NCBI GenBank assembly: GCA_964510325.1
Contig: CAZEBL010000001.1
Location: forward strand, 1 to 36,077
Direction: 5' to 3'
DNA from: an uncultured Melioribacter sp.
Lineage (GTDB): Bacteria; Bacteroidota; Ignavibacteria; Ignavibacteriales; Melioribacteraceae
DNA length: 36,077 nt
A program made the position numbers and the translations under genes. Of the stretch, positions 1-8,790 are shown in pieces (the stretch's first letter is position 1; every line of letters begins with the position of its first letter). The notes below the pieces were generated by a model. That model had not been told where the DNA came from. It saw nothing but the letters and a program-made list of their open reading frames with translations, and did no database searches.

Positions 1-2
1 CA

Positions 3-992
3 GAAGAAGCACATGAGATTTTTCCTGTAAAAAGTTTTAGAGCCGGTGATGAATATTATCTTTATGCAAAATGGGATTCAACAGAAACTGTTCACTATCT
101 GGTTTATGTCCGCAATCCAATTGAGTATGTTGTTTTTGATCTTCGAGATAGTGTAAAAGTTTATCATGGCAAAAAAGAAGTGACCATAAAAGAAAGAGTC
201 TTTTCAAGTAGCATAAAGAATTCTTTATGGCAAACTTTAGAATCGCAAAATGTGAATCCAGAAGTTGCAGTAAAATTATCAGAAATTTATGCATGGCAAA
301 TCGACTTTTTCCGAATTCAGGTGAATGATTCTTTGAAAGTTGTTTACGAAGAATTATTTGTTGGTGGAAAATCAACAGGAGTTGGGAAAATATTAACCGC
401 ATCATTCAGGCATCGGAACGAAGATTTTTTTGCTTTCAGATTCGAGAAGAATGATGAAGTGGGATATTATGATGAAAAAGGGAACAGCTTACGTAAAGCA
501 TTTCTTAAAGCCCCACTTAAATTCAGCAGAATATCATCACGCTTTTCATTAAAACGATTTCATCCTGTTCTTGGCAGATATAAAGCTCATCTGGGAACAG
601 ATTATGCTGCACCTACCGGAACGCCAATTATGACAGTTGGTGATGGTGTTGTAACTGAAGCAAGTTATACAAGCGGAAATGGCAATTATGTTAAGATTAG
701 ACATAATGCAACATACACAACGCAATATCTTCATATGTCGAAATTTGCAAAAGGGATCCGACCGGGTGTTGCTGTTAAGCAAGGTCAGGTGATTGGTTAT
801 GTAGGGAGTACCGGTTTAGCTACCGGCCCTCATGTTTGCTTTAGATTTTGGAAAAACGGTAAACAAGTCGATGCATTAAGAGAGAAGTTACCTACTTCAA
901 ATCCGGTAGCGAAAGAATACCGGAAAGATTTTGAGCTGGTTAGAGATTCCTTAATAACTAAACTTATCCAAGATCCTCATACAAGTAATTAA
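3..992 (+). CDS. M23 (LytM-type) peptidoglycan metalloendopeptidase, 5'-truncated by the window edge
   Basis: The frame is open from nt 3, with no stop before the GTG at 180 used by the ORF track, so the gene probably starts upstream of the window. M23 signatures are present: HLGTDYAAPTGTPI (HxxxD), GNYVKIRH and GYVGSTGLATGPHVCF. Confidence 0.8.
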   Translation, partial: EEAHEIFPVKSFRAGDEYYLYAKWDSTETVHYLVYVRNPIEYVVFDLRDSVKVYHGKKEVTIKERVFSSSIKNSLWQTLESQNVNPEVAVKLSEIYAWQIDFFRIQVNDSLKVVYEELFVGGKSTGVGKILTASFRHRNEDFFAFRFEKNDEVGYYDEKGNSLRKAFLKAPLKFSRISSRFSLKRFHPVLGRYKAHLGTDYAAPTGTPIMTVGDGVVTEASYTSGNGNYVKIRHNATYTTQYLHMSKFAKGIRPGVAVKQGQVIGYVGSTGLATGPHVCFRFWKNGKQVDALREKLPTSNPVAKEYRKDFELVRDSLITKLIQDPHTSN

Positions 993-1001
993 TTTTTGCT
1001 G

Positions 1002-4000
1002 CTATTCAAATGCTTTCTTAATAATTTCATCTTGAGATGCCTGGAATTTCTTAGAAGAACCACTTGCAGGACTCGGACTTTCCTGACGTCCAACGAACTC
1101 TAATTTCAATTTATCGGGAATTATTTTAATCAACCTTGGAAAAAGAAAATTCCACGCCCCCATGTTTTGCGGTTCTTCCTGGACCCACTTTACTGTTTTT
1201 GCATTTGGATATGTTTGTAATAATTTACTCATTAGTTCGGAATTAAATGGATAGTACTGTTCAATCCTAATTATTGCTTTATTATCAATTTTATTTATTA
1301 CTCTAAAGTTGTTCAGTTCATAATATATTTTCCCGCTTGTAAGGATCACATTTGTAACTTTAGATTTATCCATAGTAATATCATCAATAATTTCTTCAAA
1401 CTTTCCTTCAGTAAAATCATTTATAGGCGACCTTGCAGCGGGTAATCGTAATAAACTCTTAGGTGTTAACACAACAAGTGGTTTTTCATAAGCTCCGTTT
1501 ACTTCGGATAACTTTTTATGCATCTGTCTTCTGAGTAAATGAAAATACTGTGCAGGTGTAGTTGGGTTGCATACATACATATTATTTTCTGCACATAGTA
1601 TAAGAAATCTTTCTAACCGTGCACTACTATGTTCCGGACCCTGTCCCTCTTGTCCGTGAGGAAGTAACATTACAAGATTATTCGGTAGTTGCCATTTAGT
1701 GTAAGAGCTTACTATAAAATTATCTATGATAACCTGTGCACTATTAGCAAAATCGCCGAATTGTGCTTCCCAGATTACTAAAGCGAGCGGATCAGAAATG
1801 CTGTAACCGAATTCAAATCCCAATACTGCAGCTTCTGAAAGTAAGCTATCGAGCGCTTCAATTTTTGCCTGACCTTCTTCAATAAAATTATGAGGCAGAA
1901 CTTCTTCCTCGGTATTCATGTCTGTAAATATCAAATGCCTTTGACTGAATGTACCGCGAGCACTATCCTGACCGCTAAGTCTAACCGGGCGTTTTTCAAT
2001 TAAAAGAGTACCGAATGCAAGAGCTTCTGCAAAAGCCCAATCAATTTGTGTATTACCTGTTAATAATTCTTTTCGCTTGGCAATATGCTTACTTAGTTTA
2101 GGATTTAGTGAAAAACTATGAGGGAATTGAATAATCCCTTTTACAACTTTCTTAAGCTCATCAATAGATACTTTAGTTTCTGCTTTTCGATCGAAATTGT
2201 CATAATAATCTGTGGAATATGCCAAAGGTCTATCCGGTTTAAATTTTTCTGATTTCTTTTTAGTATCCTTAAGTGCTTTTTCAAGTAAATCGTATATATA
2301 ATTATCAAGAGAATCTATTTCAGCTTTATCCATAATCTTAGATTTAACAAGTCTCTCCTGGTAAATCTCTTTTACTGATGGATGCTCTTTGATTTTTTTG
2401 TACATAAGTGGTTGAGTATAAACCGGATCATCACCTTCGTTATGCCCATGCCTTCTATATCCAAATAGATCAATTACCACATCCTTGTTAAATTTTTGGC
2501 GGTATTCAAATGCAAGCTGTGTAACCCATAGTGATGCTTCGGGGTCATCACCATTAACATGAAAGATTGGCGACTGAACCATTTTAGCAACATCGGTTGC
2601 ATAAGGTGAGGAACGTGCATCTTCAGGTGGTGTTGTAAATCCAATCTGATTATTTACAATAATGTGAATCGTTCCACCGGTGCTATAACCTTTTAATTGT
2701 GATAGGTTAAGAGTTTCTGCAACAACACCCTGTCCAGCAAATGCAGCATCCCCGTGAATAAGAACAGGAACATATTGATTCTTCTCAGTGTCGTTATTTC
2801 TTGTTTGTTTTGCACGGATTATTCCTTCAACTACAGGATTAACCCACTCGAGATGGGAAGGATTAGAGGCAACAGAAACTTTAATTTCATTACCACTGAA
2901 GGTTTTGTAATTACCGCTTGCACCGAGATGATATTTAACATCACCCGTTCCTTGCGGGCTTTCGGGATCCATTTCATCTTCAAATTCAGAAAATATATTC
3001 GTATAACTTTTACCGATGATATTTGATAATACATTCAATCTGCCACGATGAGCCATTCCTAAAAACACTTCTTTAACATTCTGCTCGCTTGCTAAATTTA
3101 ATAAGTAGTCCAGCACAGGTATTAAAGTCTCTGAACCTTCAAGAGAAAAACGTTTATGACCAATAAATTTTGTATGAAGAAAATGTTCAAATGCTTCAGC
3201 TACAATCAGTTTTTGCATTATTCTTTTTTTGGTCTCATTACTATATCCCGGTTTATTTCTAATCGGTTCCATTCTTTGTTGAAGCCAGAGTTTTTCTTCG
3301 GGATTCTGTATGTGCATATACTCCACACCAATCTTTTCGCAATAAGTCTGATGAAGAACATCCAGAATCTGTCGTAAAGTACCTGTCTGCATTCCCTGTA
3401 AATTACCGGTGATGAAATGACGATCATAATCCCAGATTGTAAATCCATGGTTTGCAGGATCCAATTCCTGGTGAAATGATTTAGGTGGACTGAGAGGATT
3501 CAAATCTGCAATTAAATGCCCGCGTACTCTGAACATGTTGATAAGTAATACAATTCGTGCTTGCTTCTCAATCTCTTCAATGTTGTCGATTTTTGAAAAT
3601 CTTTTTGAAAGCGTATCGAGGTCCCATCCAACTGCTTTCTGCGGAATTTTTAGATCTTCAAATAATTTACTATAGAAATTATTTTCACCAAGTAAAAGGT
3701 TATCAATTGTTGCAAGAAATGCGCCCGATTCTGCACCTTGAATTATTCGGTGATCATAAGTACTGGTAATATTCATAACCTTACCGATACCAAGTGATGC
3801 TAATGCAGAAGGATGCATCGCTTTGAATTCCGCCGGGTAATCAATTGCACCAACTGCTATGATGCAACCTTGACCGGTCATTAATCTGGGTGTTGAAGAA
3901 ATTGTACCGATACCACCAGGATTAGTTAAAGTAATAGTGGAGTTTTGAAAATCTGCCGGTTCTAATCTACCACTCTTTGCTTTGTCGATTAATTCATCAT

Positions 4001-4649
4001 AGGCATAAAGGAACTGATCAAAGTCCATCGTCTCGGCTCGTTTAATATTAGGAACTATTAAGGAACGCGTTCCGTCTTTTCGTTCAATATCAACAGCAAT
4101 ACCAAGATTTATATATGGTTTCTTAATTAAACTAGATTTTCCTTTAACAACTCCGAAAGAATTATTCATATTAGGAAATTCTTTAAGAGCTTGAACAAGC
4201 GAGTATGCAATTAAATGTGTGAAAGAAATTTTTCTTCCACCAGTTCTCTTTAAGTGTTGATTGATAATAATTCTATTTTCTTCAAGAAGCTTTACGGAAA
4301 TTGTCCGCAATGATGTTGCAGTCGGTATTGTTAAACTACCGGTCATGTTCTCTATTATTTTTGCGCCAACGCCCACAATAGGGATAATCTCATCATCGGG
4401 GGATATATCAAACAAATCCGATACAACGGGAGAAGTGATTTCTTTTTTGGTTGAAGCGGATTTTTCCGGTTTAATATGGTTATCCGATTTATTGCTGCCG
4501 GTTAATTGGTCGAAATAATTTTTCCAGTAATCTGAAACTGAATTATGATCTTCCAGATATTTTTCGAGTAAGTCGGATACAAATCCAAAGTTATACCCGA
4601 AGTGGTTAAATAATTCTTTGTGATATTTAGTGATGTCCATATTTCTCAT
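1002..4649 (-). CDS. kgd: 2-oxoglutarate dehydrogenase E1 component fused to an N-terminal E2-like acyltransferase domain (Kgd/OdhA architecture), 1215 aa
   Basis: The length is about 280 aa longer than a classical SucA. Residues ~95-325 carry a 2-oxoacid dehydrogenase acyltransferase core (TLTNPGGIGT, STYDHRIIQGAESGAFL). The rest is a typical E1o: GMAHRGRLNVL, HGDAAFAGQGVV, GYRRHGHNEGDDP, LLPHGQEGQGPEHSS. No lipoyl domain is recognisable. Confidence 0.9.
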   Translation of the reverse strand: MRNMDITKYHKELFNHFGYNFGFVSDLLEKYLEDHNSVSDYWKNYFDQLTGSNKSDNHIKPEKSASTKKEITSPVVSDLFDISPDDEIIPIVGVGAKIIENMTGSLTIPTATSLRTISVKLLEENRIIINQHLKRTGGRKISFTHLIAYSLVQALKEFPNMNNSFGVVKGKSSLIKKPYINLGIAVDIERKDGTRSLIVPNIKRAETMDFDQFLYAYDELIDKAKSGRLEPADFQNSTITLTNPGGIGTISSTPRLMTGQGCIIAVGAIDYPAEFKAMHPSALASLGIGKVMNITSTYDHRIIQGAESGAFLATIDNLLLGENNFYSKLFEDLKIPQKAVGWDLDTLSKRFSKIDNIEEIEKQARIVLLINMFRVRGHLIADLNPLSPPKSFHQELDPANHGFTIWDYDRHFITGNLQGMQTGTLRQILDVLHQTYCEKIGVEYMHIQNPEEKLWLQQRMEPIRNKPGYSNETKKRIMQKLIVAEAFEHFLHTKFIGHKRFSLEGSETLIPVLDYLLNLASEQNVKEVFLGMAHRGRLNVLSNIIGKSYTNIFSEFEDEMDPESPQGTGDVKYHLGASGNYKTFSGNEIKVSVASNPSHLEWVNPVVEGIIRAKQTRNNDTEKNQYVPVLIHGDAAFAGQGVVAETLNLSQLKGYSTGGTIHIIVNNQIGFTTPPEDARSSPYATDVAKMVQSPIFHVNGDDPEASLWVTQLAFEYRQKFNKDVVIDLFGYRRHGHNEGDDPVYTQPLMYKKIKEHPSVKEIYQERLVKSKIMDKAEIDSLDNYIYDLLEKALKDTKKKSEKFKPDRPLAYSTDYYDNFDRKAETKVSIDELKKVVKGIIQFPHSFSLNPKLSKHIAKRKELLTGNTQIDWAFAEALAFGTLLIEKRPVRLSGQDSARGTFSQRHLIFTDMNTEEEVLPHNFIEEGQAKIEALDSLLSEAAVLGFEFGYSISDPLALVIWEAQFGDFANSAQVIIDNFIVSSYTKWQLPNNLVMLLPHGQEGQGPEHSSARLERFLILCAENNMYVCNPTTPAQYFHLLRRQMHKKLSEVNGAYEKPLVVLTPKSLLRLPAARSPINDFTEGKFEEIIDDITMDKSKVTNVILTSGKIYYELNNFRVINKIDNKAIIRIEQYYPFNSELMSKLLQTYPNAKTVKWVQEEPQNMGAWNFLFPRLIKIIPDKLKLEFVGRQESPSPASGSSKKFQASQDEIIKKAFE

Positions 4650-4839
4650 ATAATTTATTCTAAAGTAGTAACATAAAATCTGATTGAATCGTTCGATTTT
4701 AAATGGAAATTAATCGGTGTAAATAAATCGCGAAATATTTCTTAGTTAATTGGCGAACTTACATTACGGACTAAAAAATCTTGATATCAAACAAATAGTT
4801 TTATATGTTTGCAAAACTTAAAAATGGAGTAAAGAAAAA

Positions 4840-5007
4840 ATGAAAGCAGAGTGCCCGGTTTGTGGTGCTATGATTGATTTACCTGAAGGTACTGTTGTAG
4901 GAGAACTAATAGAGTGTCCCGATTGCGGAACAGAGTTAGAAGTTGAATCTCTTAATCCTCCTACAGTAAAAGAAGCTCCACAAGAAGAAGAAGACTGGGG
5001 TGAATAG
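4840..5007 (+). CDS. lysW: LysW amino-group carrier protein (alpha-aminoadipate/glutamate carrier), 55 aa; absent from the supplied ORF track
   Basis: My own translation is MKAECPVCGAMIDLPEGTVVGELIECPDCGTELEVESLNPPTVKEAPQEEEDWGE. It has two CxxC pairs (zinc ribbon) and an acidic tail ending EDWGE, the hallmark LysW C-terminus. A GGAG sits ~11 nt upstream of the ATG. The gene lies directly upstream of lysX/Y/Z/J homologues. Confidence 0.9.
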   Translation: MKAECPVCGAMIDLPEGTVVGELIECPDCGTELEVESLNPPTVKEAPQEEEDWGE

Positions 5008-6165
5008 TTGATCTGGGTTTTAGATTCAACATTAAGAGAAGGCGAACAAACCCCGGGAGTCTACTTCGATAAGCACATTAAACTTGCAATTGCATCTCTA
5101 CTGGATGAAATCGGTGTTAATATAATTGAAGCCGGTCATCCCATGGTTACCCCGGAAATCCATGCAGCAGTAAAATCAATCGCACAAAAAGGATTTAAAT
5201 CAATTGTTGGCGCTCATTCCCGGTCATTAAAGAATGATGTAGATCTCGCTTTAGAATGTGGTGTCGGTTTTATCGGAATATTCTATTGTGTCTCCGATGA
5301 AAGACTGGCTAATGTTTTCAAAAAGGATCTTGATGATGCAATAAAGCAGATTACCGATGTAATTAAATATGCAAAAAATATAAAACCCGATCTGTTAATT
5401 AGATATACACCTGAAGATACTGTCCGTTCACAATTCGAAAATGTTGTTAAAGCTGCCGCTGCTGCTGTTGAAGCCGGAGCTGATATTATTAGTGTAGCAG
5501 ATACTACCGGTTATATGGTTCCGGGAACCGACCGGAGTATGTATGATTATATTTCGAAACTTAAAGATGATTTGGCACAACGTAAGCTATTCCCTAAGAT
5601 CGCAGTTCACTGTCATAACGATAGAGGTTTTGCACTTGCAAATGCGCTTGATGCTTACCGTGCCGGTGTTGATATTATTGATGCCGCCGCATTAGGACTT
5701 GGTGAAAGAGCCGGAATAGTTGATCTTGCCCAATTATTAGTTACACTAACAGTTGATTATAATGAGAACCGATGGAACCTTAAAAAGATTACTGAGCTAT
5801 ATGATCTGGTAAGTAAACATTCGGGGATCCCGATACCGGCTAATTATCCAATAACAGGAAAAAATGCTTTTACACATTGTGCCGGCGTTCATACTCATGC
5901 TGCTTCAATTAATCCAATGCACTACGAAAGTCTGCATCCTGATATCTTAGGACGAGCAAGAAGTTTTGCACTCGATCATATGTCGGGAATTGCATCTCTT
6001 AGATATGCACTCAATTTAATTGATGAAAATAGTTTAGATGATGATCATCAACAATCTGTTCTTGCCGAAGTAAAAGCAGTTGGACAGCGGGGAAGAACTG
6101 TTGACCTTGAAGAATTGAAACATATCGTTGATGCTGTTAAGCACCACAAGACCTACGCTAAATAG
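5008..6165 (+). CDS. Homocitrate synthase-like (HMGL/DRE-TIM family, short form without the LeuA regulatory domain)
   Basis: The N-terminus reads LDSTLREGEQTPGV. Metal-site motifs of the IPMS/HCS family are present: HCHNDRGFALANAL and HCAGVHTH. The 385-aa length resembles Thermus/archaeal HCS. The TTG start abuts the lysW stop (TAG 5005-5007). Specificity (homocitrate versus citramalate/IPM) cannot be proven from sequence. Confidence 0.7.
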   Translation: MIWVLDSTLREGEQTPGVYFDKHIKLAIASLLDEIGVNIIEAGHPMVTPEIHAAVKSIAQKGFKSIVGAHSRSLKNDVDLALECGVGFIGIFYCVSDERLANVFKKDLDDAIKQITDVIKYAKNIKPDLLIRYTPEDTVRSQFENVVKAAAAAVEAGADIISVADTTGYMVPGTDRSMYDYISKLKDDLAQRKLFPKIAVHCHNDRGFALANALDAYRAGVDIIDAAALGLGERAGIVDLAQLLVTLTVDYNENRWNLKKITELYDLVSKHSGIPIPANYPITGKNAFTHCAGVHTHAASINPMHYESLHPDILGRARSFALDHMSGIASLRYALNLIDENSLDDDHQQSVLAEVKAVGQRGRTVDLEELKHIVDAVKHHKTYAK

Positions 6166-6199
6166 AATCTTTTTTAATAGAACCCCGGAGGATTTTTAA

Positions 6200-7045
6200 A
6201 TGAAAATAGGATTACTTCATTCATTGCTACGTAAAGATGAAAAATTTTTGATGGATGAATTTGCTAAAATCAAAGGTGTTGAACTCGTTCTTATCGATGA
6301 CCGTGAAATTACATTTAATTTAGGGAAGGATAAGTTTGATGTTGATGTGCTTGTTGAGAGATGTATAAATCACTCCCGCGCTTTGCACGGATTAAAACTT
6401 TTCGAAGCAGCCGGAGTAAGATGTGTTAACTCTTACAACGTTGCGACAATCTGCGGTGATAAACTCCTAACGTCAGTAGCCCTTGCGGAAAATAAAGTTC
6501 CTCAACCAGAAGTAAGAGTTGCATTTACAGAAGAATCGGCTCTTAAAGCAATTGAAGAGATGGGTTACCCGGTTGTTCTTAAACCGGCAGTTGGATCTTG
6601 GGGAAGACTTCTATCAAAAATTAACGACAAAGATGCAGCCGAAGCTATTCTTGAGCATAAAACGGTCCTTGGTTCATATCATCATTCCATTTTTTATATT
6701 CAGAAATATGTAGAGAAGAAAGGGAAGGATATCAGAAGTTTTGTTGTAGGTGATAAGTGTATTGCTGCTATTTATAGAACTTCTCCTCACTGGATTACAA
6801 ATACTGCACGCGGCGGTGTTGCTACTAACTGTCCTATAACAGAAGAGTTGAATGATATTTCCGTGCGTGCTGCTAAAGCTGTTGGTGGAGGAATAGTTGC
6901 TATAGATGTTTTTGAAACTGAGAAGGGATTAATGGTTAACGAAGTAAATTATACAATGGAGTATAAGAACAGTATTACTACAACCGGCGTAAATATTCCC
7001 CAGAAAATGGTTGAATATATATTGCAAGTGGCTGAAGGTAAGTAA
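6200..7045 (+). CDS. lysX: RimK-family ATP-grasp ligase, LysX/ArgX type (LysW--alpha-aminoadipate or --glutamate ligase)
   Basis: Long blocks look, from my memory, near-identical in pattern to Thermus LysX (not verifiable here): [72 protein letters not shown] lies upstream. Confidence 0.88.
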   Translation: MKIGLLHSLLRKDEKFLMDEFAKIKGVELVLIDDREITFNLGKDKFDVDVLVERCINHSRALHGLKLFEAAGVRCVNSYNVATICGDKLLTSVALAENKVPQPEVRVAFTEESALKAIEEMGYPVVLKPAVGSWGRLLSKINDKDAAEAILEHKTVLGSYHHSIFYIQKYVEKKGKDIRSFVVGDKCIAAIYRTSPHWITNTARGGVATNCPITEELNDISVRAAKAVGGGIVAIDVFETEKGLMVNEVNYTMEYKNSITTTGVNIPQKMVEYILQVAEGK

Positions 7046-8091
7046 TGGAAAAAATAAAAGTATCAATTGTTGGCGGATCGGGGTATACAGGCGGGGAATT
7101 GCTTCGTTTGCTTCTTTTCCATCCTTATGTAGAAGTTGTTGAAGTTACTTCTGAAAGTTATACGGGAAAATTTGTTCATAAAATCCATCCTAACTTAAGA
7201 AAATCTACAACGCTAAAATTTATTTCTGCATCCGAGTTACAACCGTGTGATCTTCTCTTTTTATGTCTTCCTCATAATAGTTCGCAAAATCAAATTGATA
7301 GATTCAAAAATTTAGCTCCGAGGATTATAGATCTTAGTGCAGACTTCAGATTAAAAAGTGAATCGGAATATGAAAAATGGTATGGACATAAACATGCAAG
7401 ACCGGAATTGTTCAATGAATTTGTGTACGGGATTCCAGAACTGCACCGCGAAGAAATGAAAAATGCAAAATACATTTCAAGTGCAGGTTGTAATGCAACT
7501 GCAAGTATTCTTGGTCTCTATCCGCTCTTTAAAAATGATCTTGTTGAAGAAGATAGAACAGTAATAGAAGTAAAAGCTGGAAGCAGCGAAGGGGGCAATA
7601 AAGTTAATGAAGGTTCACATCATCCTGAGCGTGCCGGTGTAGTCAGATCTTACATGCCTACGCAGCATAGACACACTGTGGAAATATTACAGGAACTTTC
7701 ATTTGGTAAAAAAATAAATGTCCATTTTTCTGCTACTGCTATTGATATTGTCCGCGGTTTACTTGCAACATGCCATGTTTTCTTAAAGAAGGATCTTCAG
7801 GAAAAAGAGATCTGGAAAATTTATCGTGAAGCTTATGGTAATGAACCTTTTATTAGAATTGTAAAAGAAAGCGAAGGAATATACCGATTCCCGGAACCGA
7901 AATTATTAAGCGGTACAAATTATTGCGATATCGGTTTTAAGAAAGATGAATTTTCAAATCGGCTTGTTGTAATTAGTGCAATTGATAATTTAATGAAAGG
8001 TGCTGCTGGTCAGGCACTTCAGGCGTTTAATTTAATGTATGGATTTGATGAAAGAACCGGACTCGAATTCCCGGGATTACATCCAATTTAA
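7045..8091 (+). CDS. lysY: LysW-aminoadipyl/glutamyl-phosphate reductase (ArgC/LysY family)
   Basis: It has an N-terminal Rossmann motif (VSIVGGSGYTGGELLRLL), an active-site Cys context (SSAGCNATA) and a C-terminal DNLMKGAAGQALQ. The start overlaps the lysX stop (TAATG). Confidence 0.88.
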   Translation: MEKIKVSIVGGSGYTGGELLRLLLFHPYVEVVEVTSESYTGKFVHKIHPNLRKSTTLKFISASELQPCDLLFLCLPHNSSQNQIDRFKNLAPRIIDLSADFRLKSESEYEKWYGHKHARPELFNEFVYGIPELHREEMKNAKYISSAGCNATASILGLYPLFKNDLVEEDRTVIEVKAGSSEGGNKVNEGSHHPERAGVVRSYMPTQHRHTVEILQELSFGKKINVHFSATAIDIVRGLLATCHVFLKKDLQEKEIWKIYREAYGNEPFIRIVKESEGIYRFPEPKLLSGTNYCDIGFKKDEFSNRLVVISAIDNLMKGAAGQALQAFNLMYGFDERTGLEFPGLHPI

Positions 8092-8145
8092 TCCTTGCTA
8101 ATGATCTTATTCTTGATAATTGTCTAATAAGGAATATTGAATTAA

Positions 8146-8790
8146 ATGTGCCGACTACTATATGTTGACTCGAAAACCGAGTTTGATACTTCTGATTACT
8201 TAATTAGGTTTTCGGAGATTTCTAAAAATAGCCGTGAGTTTCAGGGACATGGATGGGGTTGCGCTTATTTCCAGAATGGTAAATGGAATTTTTATAAAAA
8301 TGTTAAACCTATCTGGGAAGACGACCTCTCCACATTCGGTAATTCAAAACGATTGATAGCACATGCCAGAAGTGCATTTAAGGATGAAGGAATTGTTGTT
8401 GAAAACAACATGCCTTTCTATGATGATAAATACATTTTTGTTTTTAATGGAGAACTGCGTGGTGTAAAAATTAAAGAAGAAGGAAGAATTGGTGCAGAAA
8501 AAATTTTTAATTATTTAAAAAGATTTGATGACCAAGGAATTGGTGAAGGGATTAAAAAGGGGACTGAAATAATTAAAAAAAGATCGGCTTATATAAGAGC
8601 AATGAATTTGATTATTGCAAATGATAAAGCAGCTTATATTTATTCTCACTTCAATGAAGATCCGGAATATTTTACAATGCATATCAAAAAATCGGATAAT
8701 GTATTTGTTGTCTGTTCCGATCCGTTCATTGGTGAACTTAATTGGAATCCAATTGAAAATAATTCGTTACTGGAGATTAAATGTATCTAA
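8146..8790 (+). CDS. Class-II glutamine amidotransferase-like Ntn (N-terminal Cys) amidohydrolase, YafJ/EgtC-like, stand-alone 214 aa
   Basis: It starts MCRLL, so Cys2 is the putative nucleophile after Met removal. Blocks follow the GATase class-II pattern: GHGWG, AHARSAF..VENNMPF, FNGEL. There is no fused synthase domain. The 3' end overlaps lysZ by 10 nt, so it is part of the operon. Confidence 0.65.
   Translation: MCRLLYVDSKTEFDTSDYLIRFSEISKNSREFQGHGWGCAYFQNGKWNFYKNVKPIWEDDLSTFGNSKRLIAHARSAFKDEGIVVENNMPFYDDKYIFVFNGELRGVKIKEEGRIGAEKIFNYLKRFDDQGIGEGIKKGTEIIKKRSAYIRAMNLIIANDKAAYIYSHFNEDPEYFTMHIKKSDNVFVVCSDPFIGELNWNPIENNSLLEIKCI

Noticed and set aside
549-782. Antisense ORFs in the M23 gene (37-405, 549-782) and similar shadow ORFs in lysX, lysY, lysZ, lysJ, nuoC/D/E, both TonB-dependent receptor genes, the PEGA gene and tetR.
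   Set aside because: They overlap motif-supported CDSs on the other strand or frame, and their compositions are typical of reverse-frame translations. None is flanked by its own RBS or terminator.
2754-4518. ORF-track entries inside or antisense to the kgd gene: 2754-3026(+), 2831-3034(-), 3156-3377(+), 3218-3448(-), 3557-3769(+), 4261-4518(+).
   Set aside because: All lie within a 1215-aa CDS with strong family motifs along its whole length. They are short, low-complexity and have no recognisable motifs. They are typical shadow ORFs of AT-rich DNA.
4650-4839. Lysine riboswitch (L-box) or T-box leader upstream of lysW.
   Set aside because: The region is very AT-rich. I could not find the conserved G/C-rich helices or junction motifs of either element by eye. 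A covariance-model scan would be needed to exclude it formally.
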